Below, piece by piece: positions 12,112-25,632 of a DNA stretch of 64,000 bases. This stretch comes from Octopus sinensis (taxonomy: Eukaryota): positions 192,014,001-192,078,000 of the forward strand of contig NC_042998.1 of NCBI RefSeq assembly GCF_006345805.1. Reading direction: 5' to 3'. Made by a program: the position numbers and the translations under genes. The number at the start of each line of letters is the position of its first letter. The stretch's first letter is position 1. The notes under the pieces are model-generated. The model saw only the letters and a program-made list of their open reading frames with translations. It was not told where the DNA came from and did not search any database.

Positions 12112-12496
12112 TGGAAGCACTCCGTCGGTTACGACGACGAGGGTTCCGGTTGATCCGAATCAGCGGAACAGCCTGCTCGTGAAATTAACGTGTAAGTGGC
12201 TGAGCACTCCGCAGACGCGTGCACCCTTAACGTAGTTCTCGGGGATATTTAGCGTGACACAGAGAGTGACAAGGCCGGCCCTTTGAAATACAGGTACAAC
12301 AGTAACAGGAAGTAAGAGTGGGAGAAAGTTGTGGTGAAAGAGTACAGCAGGGATCACCACCATCCCCTGCCGGAGCCTCGTGGAGCTTTAGGTGTTTTCG
12401 CTCAATAAACACTCACAACGCCCGGTCTTGGAATCGAAACCGCGATCCTATGACCGCGAGTCCGCTGCCCTAACCACTGGGCCATTGCGCCTCCAC
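12112..12496 (-). mobile_element. SINE group A (A1)
   Basis: Family sequence; TSD tgtaaaggtt(t) on both sides. Confidence 0.95.
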
Positions 12497-12625
12497 TGTA
12501 AAGGTTTAACTATACTCTGAACAGCGAATGACTTATACCGAAATACTTATATCGGTTCTGATGGTCATAAATCTAATTTGTATCAGCTATTTCAGCCATA
12601 AATATTTCTCATCCCTCGGCATCCT

Positions 12626-12812
12626 TGTCTCTGTATGTCTGTTTCTGTCTCTGTCTCTGTCTGACTGTCTGCTGTATGTCTGTCTCTGTATCTGTCTCCG
12701 TATCTCTTTCTCTGTCTCTGTCTGTCTGTCTCTCTCTCTCTCTGTCTCTGTCTGACTGCCTGCTGTATGTCTGTCTCTGTCTCTGTATCTCTCTCTCTCT
12801 GTCTCTGTCTGT
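12626..12812. repeat. CT/CTGT compound microsatellite with an internal duplication
   Basis: (TCTCTG)n/(CTGT)n with repeated unit ctgactgYctgctgtatgtctgtctctgt. Confidence 0.85.
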
Positions 12813-12819
12813 CAGCAGA

Positions 12820-13178
12820 CAGCGGACTCGCGGTCATAGGATCGCGGTTTCGATTCCCAGACCGGGCGTTGTGAGTGTTTATTGAGCGAAAATACCTAAA
12901 AGCTCTACGAGGCTCCGGCAGGGGATGGTGTTGATCCCTGCTGTACTCTTTCACCACAACTTTCTCTCACTCTTACTTCCTGTTTTTGTTGTACCTGTAT
13001 TTCAAGGGGCCGGCCTTGTCACTCTCTGTGTCACGCTGAATATCCCCGAGAACTACGCTACGTTAAGGGTGCACGTGTCTGTGGAGTGCTCAGCCACTTA
13101 CAACGTTAATTTCACGAGCAGGCTGTTCCGTTGATTCGGATCAACCGGAGCCCTCATCGTCGTAACTGACGGAGTGCT
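12820..13178 (+). mobile_element. SINE group A (A1), 5'-truncated
   Basis: Family sequence lacking the first ~25 nt. Confidence 0.92.
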
Positions 13179-13696
13179 AAAGATATCTAATGAAACAGAA
13201 TCAAACGTTATTTGTTGCTTTTACCAGCTGATTTAAGTATCAAATATATTCTTACCGAGTATTTTATATAGTTTCCAATTTTGTATTAATTGCTTTGTTA
13301 ATTGTCTCCTTTGTTCGTTACGTTTGCATTGTAAATGCATCAAAGGGTGTTTACATTTATTAGTTATATGGTTAATCTCTTTTAATCGAAAGTTTTCATC
13401 CCTCCCTATTACATATGTGAAGTCTTATCTTTCATTTAGCAATTAGTACTCTCCACAGATAACGTTCAACTACCGTACCGGTAGTGCTCAACTAGAGAAA
13501 ACGCTGTTCCACTAGAGCTGACAAACAAAACCTTCATCCATAGACATTAGTGGTAGCGCAGAAGTATTTTTGTCAACTGTATTATTTCGATAATGGAACT
13601 TTGTTGTTTATCATCTTACTGATTTTCGTGATTTTCAAGTGATTTTAGTTAACTAGTTTTAGTTTCTCATAAGTTATTGGCTACAATCAAGAGTTA

Positions 13697-14093
13697 TCTT
13701 TATATATAAAAGTGAGGTTGTGTGATGTCTGTCTCCTACGATTTAGATTCCTAACTACTCCCACATTTTGCGGTGCAGTTTAACCAAAACCAGGTATCTT
13801 ATAGTCGTGATTCATATCGAGCGCTTCTGGGTATTAGCGCACGTCTACGATGAGTCTACGATTAAAAAAAAAAATTACCATCAATTTTTCCCATTTTTAA
13901 TGCATTTTTGGCATATATAAGGGAAGTAACTCTATAAATTTATTATTAAATCTCAGAACGTAAAAAGCTACAGTAACACCCCCCTCCCTTTGTGGTTAAC
14001 CATATTGAGATGGCTATTATACTTTACATCTCTAAAAATGCTTATATAGTTATTTCCCTTACAAACCCGAGCAACGCCGGGCGATACTGCTAG
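13697..14093 (+). mobile_element. non-autonomous Helitron
   Basis: A|TC...CTAG|T boundaries, GC-rich hairpin cccgagcaacgccggg just before the 3' end, no TSD; second copy at 60253-60765. Confidence 0.9.
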
Positions 14094-14422
14094 TGTCATA
14101 TAAGTTTTGTTGTTTATGCAAAATAATTCGTTATTCACAAAACTCTTCCATCATTTACTCTCACCAGCTCTGACATCCATGAACTCCTACAGAAACTACT
14201 CAAACTAGCTTTATATCTCCGCTCACTTCATAAACTTTCGGCTCTTCTTTCCAACCCCAACATCACTCAAAACCCAGAGAGAGAGTAAAGCATTATTTCG
14301 AAGTAAGAGGATGGAATCCATGTATGCTTACCTAAGTGTATAAAACAAGAGGACAAGAAGTAATAAAGAGAAGCGGCGAAGCTACATGCAAGAGACTGGG
14401 GATAAAATATCAAAAACTAACA

Positions 14423-14833
14423 AGGCGCAGGAGTGGCTGTGTGGTAAGTAGCTTGTTTACCAACCACATGGTTCCGTGTTCAGTCCCACTGCGTGGCACC
14501 TTGGGCAAGTGTCTTCTACTATAGCCTCGGGCCGACCAAAACCTTGTGAGTGGATTTGGTAGACGGAAACTGAAAGAAGCCCATCGTATATATGTATATA
14601 TATATATATATATGTTTGTGTGTCTGTGTTTGTCCCCCTAGCATTGCTTGACAACCGATGCTGGTGTATTTACGTTCCCGTAACTTAGCGGTTCGGCAAA
14701 AGAGACCGATAGAATACGTACTGGGCTTACAAAGAATAAGTCCCGGGGTCGATTTTCTCGACTAAAGGTGGTGCTCCAGCATGGCCGCAGTCAAATGACT
14801 GATACAAGTAAAAGAGTAAAGAGTAAAAGAGTA
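14423..14833 (+). mobile_element. SINE group C, full length
   Basis: Family sequence with (gtaaaaga)3 tail. Confidence 0.93.
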
Positions 14834-14955
14834 TCAAAATGAGATGAAGATATATTAAGATAAATTAAGATAAACGAAATAGAAATAGTGAAACGGGGAG
14901 AAAAAAGACTTCTCTTCCAGAAGAATGTATTTGCATATTTATTTAGATATCTAGT

Positions 14956-15341
14956 GGTGGTGGAAGCAGTCCGTCGGTTACGACGATGAGGGTTCCGGTT
15001 GATCCGAATCAACGGAACAGCCTGCTCGTGAAATTAACGTGTAAGTGGCTGAGCACTCCACAGACACGTGTACCCTTAACGTAGTTCTCGGGGATATTCA
15101 GCGTGACACAGAGAGTGACAAGGCCTTTGAAATACAGGTACAACAGAAACAGGAAGTAAGAGTGAGAGAAAGTTGTGGTGAAAGAGTACAGCAGGGATCA
15201 ACACCATCCCCTGCCGGAGCCTCGTGGAGCTTTTAGGTGTTTTCGCTCAATAAACACTCACAACGCCCGGTCTGGGAATCGGAACCGCGATCCTATGACC
15301 GCGAGTCCGCTGCCCTAACCACTGGGCCATTGCGTCTCCAC
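14956..15341 (-). mobile_element. SINE group A (A1)
   Basis: Family sequence; (CCA)n tail; TSD agatatctagt at 14945-14955 / 15342-15352. Confidence 0.95.
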
Positions 15342-17686
15342 AGATATCTAGTAATACTAACGACAATGAATGACAACTATCCAAAATAATTCTTGTGTTC
15401 ATGTGTGTGTGTGCGTGTGTGTGTGTGGTGGTGGGGGGGGGGGGCGCGCATGCGTGTACATGAGCAATAAGTTATATATTTAAATATTTAACCACGTATG
15501 TTAAATTTGATTGCATGACGTTTCCGAAGTTGTCATCTTGAAAATAGCGTGTTAGCTCTAAAATGCATTTCATCAATTTGTAATACTTGCTGCAGTTTTA
15601 ACACCTATAGAGCCCGAGGGGAAATGTTTAGAAACTAACAGAATACCACAGTCACAGCTGTTTTATTTTGGTACCAGATAATTACACACTAATCAGTTGT
15701 AATTTCTAAGTCGAACCAGGCGTTCTTTAAGCTTCCATTCATACCCAAAGACGTGTTATCACAACTTCTCTGTATCAGATTATGTACCGTGTTTCCAGAA
15801 TCAAAGGAGCATGTTACAATTATTCTCCATTCCACTAATATTTCCTTTTAAGTAACATTTACTATTTATTTCATTTTCGACATGGTTTTATCATTATCAA
15901 AAGCCTAAGATGGTAAAAAAACCTCATGAGTCATTTCGTCCGAATATCATAAAAGAATATATAGCTATAAAAAAACACGCCTCTTCGTTTGCATATTAAG
16001 TAATTGAAACGGTTTATGATGGTTAGTTGAACATCAAAATACACCATTATAAAACTGAAGGTTTATTTATATATTATAAACTGAATCACTCTATCGGAGT
16101 GTTGTAATGACCAAATATTCTATTACTCTATTGTATAGAAACCCATTACACTGCCTTATATAACCGAATAAAACTTTAAAGTAATTATATTTTCTCAGTC
16201 ACTGTGCTGGCTGTGTAGGGAAATTAAATCTAAAACAACTTTCTCCAAATGTTTTAGAGAATAATTTTACATCAATATGATCAACATAAAATAATTTAAA
16301 TTTCTAGACGGAATTGCTGCCAAAACTACCGTTTCTGCAGAATGCAGCAGAGAGAGAAACGACAACAGACGTATCTTTGAAAAATGTTCTAATTATACAT
16401 AATGCTCTATTATAATATTATTTCCGGTTATTAAGCCAAACATTATGGCGAAACACTTTTAATTCGGCTTGTTTAGAATCACTTAAATTCTTCACTAACA
16501 AAATGCTTAAAATCATTTATTTTATTGTTTTTTCGTGGGTTTTAAACAAACAGCACACATAAAAATATATACCTTACTATGGACAATAATTAGTTTTAGA
16601 AGTAGAGGTAATTACTCAGATCGTATTTCTGACTAACAATGAAAAATCCAGAGGCAACAAATTTTTTAAATCAGTTTCCTTCTTGATTCAAATATTTCAC
16701 AACGCCTGCTACTAAATCTTATTCCGGGAATCATAACGAAAAATCTTGCCACGATCGTCTTTGCTTTTCATCTCGGAGTCACTAAGGTAAGGTACTCGTC
16801 ACATACAAGGCTGCAGCGAACTGACTATATCATCTCAAAACAGTGAAGCCATGTACCAAAATAAGAAATCAATATTCTTAAACTTTTGCAAATCACTAAT
16901 TTAATATTTAGCAATTTTATGCTAATTGGTGTTCTTGTTTGTAGACTCAAAACGAAATTTGTCCATTCACTGCTTGAAAATTGTTTTTTGATAGAGTGCA
17001 TGTAGCACTACATTTTAAATGTTATAGTGTGATATGAGATACACTTGGCTGCTATTTCTAACCCGCTGTGCTAATACATAAATACCTTCATATCGTGTCC
17101 GATAACTGAATCGATAAGAATTTGGATCTCTTACAGAGGTCGAGAATCGCATCACGTCTCTGCTTATAAATTTAAAGAATTAAATCACTAGCATTAATTA
17201 CTCAGAAACGCTATCCGGTTTTTAGGAACCTTTAAGTATTAAAGTATTAAATTAAGTGAGAATTTAGAAATACTTAGGTAGCGAGGAAACGTAATAATGA
17301 TTCAGTTACTATCATTTAGAGCGTCTGGTTAATTATAACGGGAAAATAATACTACAATTTGTGTATGGCCACGATTCTTAACTGCCTTTTTATGCTTAGC
17401 TGTAAATGGGTACCAACAGTGAGCAGCGGTAAGATTGTACTATTTTCTAATATTTCGTTATTTTATAGAGCTGAATTTAATAACTCCTGTACATTGATGA
17501 GAATGAAACTTCTCTGCTTTGTGCTGCTACTACAGAAATTCTGCTTCTCTGATCTGCTTAGACTAGTACCACTCTCTCGAGCGATTGCGACTTACTTGTC
17601 TCTGCTTCTTTTGTCACCTACAATGTGCTCAGGCTTTCATGCGGGGAAACTGGGGTTTGATACAGTTCTATGCCCAAGACATCCTT

Positions 17687-17976
17687 AAGTGGAGGCACGT
17701 GGCCTAGTGGTTAGAACAGCGGACTCGCGGTTTCGAACCTCAGACCTGGCGATGTGTGTGTTTATGAGCGAAACACCTAAGCTCCATGCGGCTCCGACAG
17801 AAGGTAATGGCGAACTTCTGCTGACTCTTTTGACACAACTTCCTTACACTCTTTCCTCCTGCATCTAGCAGCCCACCTGCGACGGACCGGCGTCCCGTCC
17901 AGGTGGGGACCCTATACGCCAAGGAAACCGGGAAACCGGCCCTTATGAGCCCAGGCGTGGTTCGAGAACGAACAAA
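17687..17976 (+). mobile_element. SINE with group A head and a different 3' half (A2, V-domain-like)
   Basis: Head similar to group A; then cctgcgacggaccggcgtcccgtccaggtgg, resembling the V-SINE domain; TSD caagacatcctt at 17675-17686 / 17977-17988. Confidence 0.85.
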
Positions 17977-18399
17977 CAAGACATCCTTCCCAAAATTTCT
18001 GGAAATTTCTTCCTATTCTTGTTTTCTCTTGTAGCCATTAACTTATGATGAATCACGAGGAAATTTAATTGCATCTTTCTCACTGGTTTCCAAAGATCTT
18101 CCAACAGCTATGAGTATAGCCTCTGCCGCCCAAACAGACAAAAAACTACACACGATCCAATGTTCATTTTATTCTTCTACATGTAATAAAAGAAATAACA
18201 ATTGTATTGTAGGGTTAACTTTCAGAGAAAGGAGAGGCAGAATCGATAGTGATGGAAAATTCCTGACTGAAGTTCAAAGCCTTTCTGACTGAGACTCCAT
18301 TATACTTCCTTCCATGTCTTAGAAAATAAGGACTAGGCAAGTAGTGGTGTTCATATGCGTGACAACACACCAGACCAAACTTTTGTGGACCTATGAAAA

Positions 18400-18600
18400 G
18401 AAACGTTAGCACGCCGGGCGAAATGCGTAGCCGTATTTCGTCTATCGTTACGTTCCGAGTTCAAATTCCGCCGAGGTCGACTTTGCCTTTCATCCTTTCG
18501 GGTTCGATAAATTAAGTACCAGTTACGCACTGGGGTCGATGTAGTCGACTTAATCCCTTTGTCTGTCCTTGTTTGTCCCCTTGTGGGTAGTAAAGAAATA
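18400..18600 (+). mobile_element. SINE group B, slightly 5'-truncated
   Basis: Family sequence; TSD tatgaaaa. Confidence 0.9.
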
Positions 18601-19165
18601 TATGAAAATTTCTACAATATTACAGTCCACGTTGTCATAAAAACAATGAAAACGGATTAAGGTTTGAGAAATCGAGTATAAATCTTCATTAAAGAAACCC
18701 AAACAGACATTATATTTAAATGAAATTTCATGAAGTTTTTGTTTATATTTGCACTTAAAACGTTTATGATCACAAATAACACGTGAATTTGTAATTATAT
18801 ACAAATGTGGTAGTTAAAGAAAAATTCATAAACACGTGAATAAATATATATATATATTTGTTGGAATACGAATTTCAACTTAAAATGTTAAATACAAAAG
18901 ACTTTCTTATGCAATGATTGAAATTTTGTAAACATGTACCTGTTAATGAACTTGTTTATCTCCTATTTAATGTCTTTCTTACGTCGCTCTCTCTTTCTCA
19001 CTTTCTCTTTCTTTCTTTCTCTCTCTTCCTCTCACACCCCTCCCCCTCTCTATATAAATATATATATATCTGTGTGCCTATATACATACATACATATATA
19101 TATATATATTACGGAGATGTACTTGCATAGCAAGTGATTTCATCTGAGATCGTGTGCTGAAACGA

Positions 19166-19411
19166 AAACAATTGCAGCGTGGAAGGTGTTTGTAAGCCAT
19201 TTAAGAAACACACAAAAGCCGTTCGATTCACTTCAACATTTAAGTTTAATTTGTCAAAATATTTTCGTCGCTTTTTTTTGTCAGTGAACAGGCCGCGGTC
19301 TTAAAGCGACGAAAATATTTTGACAAATTAAACTTAAATGTTGAAGTGAATCGAATGGCTTTTGTGTGTTTCTTAAATGGCTTACAAATACCTTCCATGC
19401 TGCAATTGTTT
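19166..19411. mobile_element. fold-back (109-bp arms), probably a Penelope-like element terminus in (TA)n
   Basis: 19166-19274 pairs with 19303-19411 with 3 substitutions; flanked by TA microsatellites; contains a hammerhead-like motif. Confidence 0.75.
19277..19327 (+). ncRNA. minimal type I hammerhead ribozyme candidate with G3:C8 core
   Basis: tttgtca-GTGAACA-g-gccgc-ggtcttaaa-gcgac-GAA-aatatt-T-tgacaaa: 7-bp stem I, stem II with one C:A mismatch, palindromic stem III. Confidence 0.62.
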
Positions 19412-19824
19412 ATATATATATAATATATATATATATGTATGTATATATATATGTATGTATATGTTTTTAGCTTGTGCTTTTTCCATGATCATACGTGATA
19501 TTTTATTTATATCCCATCGAAAGTTTACTGAAGAAGGAATATATTTTTTTTTTATAAATTAAGTCCGAATTTGATTCAATATAGAGATAACAAATTTAAA
19601 TTTTCTAAAGGTTAGTTGCCCGTTTTAGTTTCAATTTTCCTGTAACAAGCGATATATAAGTGGATAAAACATGTTATTTGGCTTAGAATAACCCTCTTTA
19701 CCCTTAATTATATGATGTATATGCAACCGTAACGGTTTTTTTAAATATACTGCCCACGCTTCCTGATGAATTCTTTTGATGTAGAGTAAGGGACTTCATC
19801 CTATATTGCTTAGTTGTATGTAAT

Positions 19825-20101
19825 ATTATGTATATATATATTATGTATATAGTATGTATATATATTGTATGTATATATATATGTATGTATATATATATGT
19901 ATGTATATATATATGTATGTATAATATATGTATGTATATATATATGATGTATATATATATAGTATGTATATATATATGTATGTATATATATATGATATAA
20001 TAGATATATAGGATATATATATATGTATATATATATGTATATATATATATGTATATATATATATGTATATATATGTATATATATATATGTATATATATAT
20101 G

Positions 20102-20138
<37 letters not shown>

Positions 20139-20203
20139 GTATATATATATATGTATATATTATAGTATTATATATGTATATATATATATTGTATATATAT
20201 ATG

Positions 20204-20253
<50 letters not shown>

Positions 20254-20296
20254 GTATATATATATAGTACTATATATATATATGTATATATATATA

Positions 20297-20338
<42 letters not shown>

Positions 20339-20412
20339 CTATATATATATACATATTTATTTATTTATGTGTGTGTGCGTGTATGTATACGTGTGTGTGT
20401 GTACATATATAT
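19825..20412. repeat. (TA)n/(TATG)n compound microsatellite
   Basis: Directly visible low-complexity tract. Confidence 0.97.
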
Positions 20413-21744
20413 TCTATCCGAAATGACTTGTGGCCAGTCATCCGGTCTGCTTACACCAGAAGTCTCTCGGGCGTACATAAACATCAGCTTGAAATTTTTT
20501 TCACTCGACACAGAAGAGCAGGAATGGAAAAACTGTTTCAAATAGAAAGCATACCTCATCTAGCATCTTATCTGATGTTTGTCCTTATCATCCGTGTTGA
20601 TAGTTTTAGACGACCGGAGTAGTTAATTTATGGTTAATTAGTTCTCGATAATCGTCCCAAGCACAATCGGAAACGATATTTCACGACGTCACTTTAAAAT
20701 AAGCCTAAGTCATTGAACCTCAAATGGATTAACTGCAAATATATCGCAGTGAATAGAAGTGAATGTCAATCCACAACTAGACAGCCTGTTGTTTCGGAAA
20801 ATTCGTATTGCCCCTCAAATAGCGATACATGATGCTCCAAAAACTACAGGCTATTGGATTGAAGTAAGCGATTATCATCGCACAATTCTGAGGACAAGAG
20901 GAACAGGCGCCACACAGAAGGATGTCAGGAACTTGGCAAGAAACACAACCTGTAACTCTGGATACTAAGTGTTAACAAATGGAGAAATAATATATTGAAA
21001 TTCTTGCTAGTGGCAATAGACCAGAGGTAGATGATGAATACGATAGGCCCAAGAAATCCCAATTCTCTGTTATATGAGAATCTCTGGATAAAATCACTTC
21101 ATATGTTAGTTTACATCAGAAACTGTTGTTCAGTAATATTATATCTTCGGGCCTAAAGGGAACTATTATTTGAAAGTTGCTATCAAAATTCGATTAATTG
21201 TTTCCCAACTTTGCTGCAGGTGTCAAATTTGCAGATGATATTGATAGCTTGCCTGCCGCAGATTTAGTCTCTTCTTAGTTATCAAAAGTGGAAGGCAACG
21301 GCCAGTGGAGTGCGCATAGCTACATGATTCATAAGGATAAGTGATATTTGCCTTTACTTCCTCCACACAGCAAGTTCATTTGTTATCTACCTCAGGTAAC
21401 AATTTACAGTACTAAGATTTTTAAGTTGTACATAATATAAAGTGAAATAAATCTGTAATGTGTGTATGTGTGTGTGAGAGAGAGAGAGAGTGTGTGTAAG
21501 TGTTGGCGTTCTAGTGTTACGCGATAAATAGGTTTCAGACGCAATATCAGCAAGTCTGTAAGAAAGTCATTGGAAAGATTAATTGGTAATGATATAAACT
21601 GTTATACCACATCAGTGTGATACAGAAGTATATCGGGTTCATCTAATCATTCTTTCATTTGTAACTCTAACCGTTTTTTTATGTAAACGAAAACAAGGAA
21701 ATTGGATTTTTTGGTAAGGATAAACATGGAGTTATAATATTGAT

Positions 21745-22757
21745 TTCAAATTTTGGCTAACGGTCAGCAGGTTCAAGGAAGGAGAGAACTTCATTCCATT
21801 GACCCAGGGCTCAGCTGGTACTTATTATTTTACCAACCCTGAAAGGATGAAGGCAAAGTTACGTAAGGTGCAATTTGAACTCAGAACATAAGGAATGGCT
21901 GAACTACCTATTTCTATTTCTTTTGTACCCACAAGGGGCTAAACACAGAGTGGACAAACAAGGACAGACAAACGGGTTAAGTCGATTACATCAACCCCAG
22001 TGCGTAACTGGTACTTACTTTATCGACCCCGAAAGGATGACAGCCAAAGGTGACCTCGGGGGAATTTGAACTCAGAACGTAACGGCAGACGAAATACGGC
22101 TACGCATTTCGCCCGGCGTGCTAACGTTTCTGCCAGCTCGCCGCCTTTCTTGGCAGACGAAATACCTATTTCTTTACTACCCACAAGGGGCTAAATACAG
22201 AGAGGCCAAACAAGGACAGACAAACGGATTAAGTCGATTGTATCGACCCCAGTGCGTAACTGGTACTTACTTTATCGACCCCGAAAGGATGAAAGCCAAA
22301 GGTGACCTCGGGGGAATTTGAACACAGAACGTAACGGCAGACGAAATACGGCTACGCATTTCGCCCGGCTACACACAGGGGGGACAAACAAGGACAGACA
22401 CACGGATTCAGTCGATTTATATCGACCCCAGTGCGTAACTGGTACTTATTTAATCGACCCCGAAAGGATGAAAGGCAAAATCGACCTCGGCGGAATTTGA
22501 ACTCAGAACGTAACGGCAGACGAAATACGGCTACGCATTTCGCCCGGCTACACACAGGGGGGACAAACAAGGACAGACAAACGGATTCAGTCGATTTATA
22601 TCGACCCCAGTGCGTAACTGGTACTTATTTAATCGACCCCGAAAGGATGAAAGGCAAAATCGACCTCGGCGGAATTTGAACTCGGAACGTAACGGCAGAC
22701 GAAATACGGCTACGCATTTCACCCCGTGTGCTAACGTTTTTGCCAGCTCGACGTCCT
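21745..22757 (-). mobile_element. head-to-tail cluster of SINE-B copies, including a 179-bp tandem duplication
   Basis: Old copy at about 21745-21895, then units starting at about 21908, 22167, 22369 and 22548; the last two are almost identical. Confidence 0.9.
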
Positions 22758-24653
22758 AAAGGAGACATATGATATTCATGGTACATACGTCTCTGTTACA
22801 AGCATAATGGAAGGAAAAGAGAGATTTAAAATTCCAATCATCAACAGCTTATCTTTTACACGACTGAGTTATCCACAGAACAAAAATATTAATGATGCTG
22901 CAATGTATTGTTTCCCAATTGAATGATACTACAAGCTTGTTTTCCCCTCTCTCACTTTGAAAAGGCATTGTAAAGCTTTTCACTGCAAGATTTCTATATT
23001 ATCTCAGGAAAATATCTTCGAGGATATAACGACATACCATGCCAATTTTATCACATTTTAATATCAGTGGTATCATTCTGTCATAAAACGTATTTCTTAT
23101 TTGTAAACCGTGGTAGAAGCAAAAAAAATAATAAAAACGCATCGTGCGGTGTCATAAAAATGGCGTATACTGCATAATAGTTATCCGAGATATGTGTTTC
23201 AATATAAATCATTTTGAAAGGAGATTTACGAAGTGTCTAATCTATGGAATTATTTTTTTAAAGTTTATTTTTGCATTTCAATAGATAACTGCGTGTTGCA
23301 TTTTAATTTTGAACAAAGTGTTTAAATAGAATTGCATACTTCAATACGATTGCATACTGAAGACATTGTCGGTAGGAGGATGTGCCACTGCATAGCCATC
23401 GCAACATATTTTAGTTGCTAGGGCACAGACAACTTAAATACTCAAGATAAAGACAAGAACTAATGCTGAAAAATTAAACTAAATAATGCTATACCGTGTG
23501 ACGCTAAAAGCAAGAAAACTATATGAAAGAAAATAATTTTAATGGATTTTGTAATTAGAATGAAAATATTTTTAATTGAACGCAATGTTAGAGCTAAGCT
23601 TCCAGAGTTTCAAATGCGTTTCTTTGTTACAGCCTCTATAAAGCTTCTGCTCTAGAGGAAATAAAAAAAGATTCAACGAAAACCACGTTATTCCCTACTC
23701 TTTTAAAATTTTCTTACGATGCGTTATAAAACGAAAGGAAACGAGTTTCTGTCGATAAATGAAATAAATATATATCATTTGTCGTGTTTCAAGAAATTTC
23801 AGCTGATCACGTGAGAATTTTCCAACGCCACAGGAAATTTTTGTCTTACCCAAAAATTGATTTTACATCTGTTTTGTAACAGTACAACTTGGAAATATAA
23901 CAAAGACATAGCAAACAGAAAAAAAAGATCATCGTATGACATCTTTTATTTTTCAACCATAGTTCGCAAGAAAGCTCCTGTGGCAGAATAATAGTAAGAA
24001 ATGTAATATCATTACATGGTTTTATTGATTTTATCAAGAATTCTTTGAAAGTGTGTTTCTCTATACTGGCATTTAATACGAATAGCTGCTTGGTCATATA
24101 TGCACCGAAACACCCACACGTCTACTAACAATCTCTGTTGCATAGCTGTCCGTATTTACATGCGCCTGTATGTATGTATGTAAGTATATATACGCATATA
24201 TGTGTGCATTTAGATTTCTTAATATTACTTATATTGCCAAACAATTCTGGTTTGGCAAAAGCGTTAGAGCATGGGAAAAAAATTCCTTGCGGTATTTAGT
24301 TACGGTGTTTCGCTTTTCGTCCGTCCGTGCTCCATAAAATAAAGTAGCAGCCGTGAAACAAATCAATATTATAACATTATTCCCAAAACGTTGTGTGTGT
24401 GTGGTGTGTGTGTGGGTGTGTGTGTGCGTGTGTGTGCGAATTTTGCATTTAGGGATTGATCACTATAGAAGTGGAAATCGGGGTTCACAGCGTGCGGTTA
24501 TTAAAAACATCAAATAAGTCAACAAAATACATTTTACCAATCACAGGTGAAAATAGAAAATCTGAAAACCAATTAACATTAATGAAGCCTTGTATAATCA
24601 AACATAATTAATGAACTGAAATATTCTTTATTGAAATTATACTTTCCTATATA

Positions 24654-25632
24654 CAGGGGTTGGACAAAATAATGGAAACACCTAGCAAAATAACATCATC
24701 ATTTTGAAGTATCTGTGAAACCGTCAAAACCTTGTTTATTTCTGTGTTTTTTAAATATTTCTTATTATTGTTGCTCAATATGTTTTAATAACATTGCTGT
24801 TTCTTTGCAGATATCATCAGAAAAAAGGTAATTAAAATTCATTAAAATGAGAGATCTATCGAACTTTTAAAGAGGTCAAATTATTGGTGCTTGTATGGCA
24901 GGCGCTAACGTAATGAAAACAGCCAAAATGTTTCCTGTATCAAAAAGTACTGTCTCGAAAGTAATGACAGCCTTTGAGAAAGAGGAGAAAATCTCCTCGT
25001 CGAAACAAAATTTCGGAAGAGAACCAAAACTTTCAGAAAGGGACCGTCGGACTCTTACGTGAATTGTTAGAAAGGATCACAAAAGTACAGCTCCCAAAAT
25101 TACTGCAGAGCTTAATGACCACCTCGAGAAGCCAGTTTCCACAAAAAACAGTTCACTGGGAGTTGCACAAAGCCGGATTTCACTGGAAAGCTGCAATGAG
25201 AAACCCACTACTTCCAAAAACAAACGTTGCAAATCTTCGAGAATGGAGTAAAAACCTACGGAATTTGTCCCAAATTAGTGGAAGAATGTTATTTTCACGG
25301 ATGAGTCATCCTTTACTTTATATCCGACCACCGGCAGAGTATACTTGTAGAGACAACCAAAAGAATCATTTGACCGAGACTACCTTCTTTTACCTCTTAA
25401 GAGTCTTTCACCTGTTAGGAGTCTTTCAACTGTTAGGAGTCGATATCCTCCACCATCCTCACTGCAAGGACAGGAAACTGTTTTAGCTGAAGAATGGACA
25501 ATAATTCAAACTTTGTACGAGCCTATACCTCGTAGAATTCAAGCTGTAATTACTGCCAAAGCGGACCTACCCCATATTAAAATAATTTGTTTGAAATTTT
25601 AAGGTGTTTTCATTATTTTTCTCCAACCCCTA
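24654..25632 (+). mobile_element. Tc1/mariner transposon, internally deleted, transposase pseudogene
   Basis: TA|CAGGGGTTGGACAAAATAATGGAAACACCT left TIR and degenerate right TIR; ATG at 24847 gives MRDLSNF*RGQIIGACMAG..GREPKLSERDRR.. and later WKNVIFTDES; stops and frameshifts; rest of DDE domain mostly missing. Confidence 0.92.

Noticed and set aside
20023-20622. YI-rich ORFs here and at 34380-34736, 49474-49917, 62246-62850; polyN/polyL ORFs at 33170-33668
   Set aside because: Translations of microsatellites.
22318-22757. Regular 179-bp repeats that might suggest a CRISPR-like array
   Set aside because: Units are whole SINE-B bodies with no unique spacers, in eukaryotic DNA with no cas genes.
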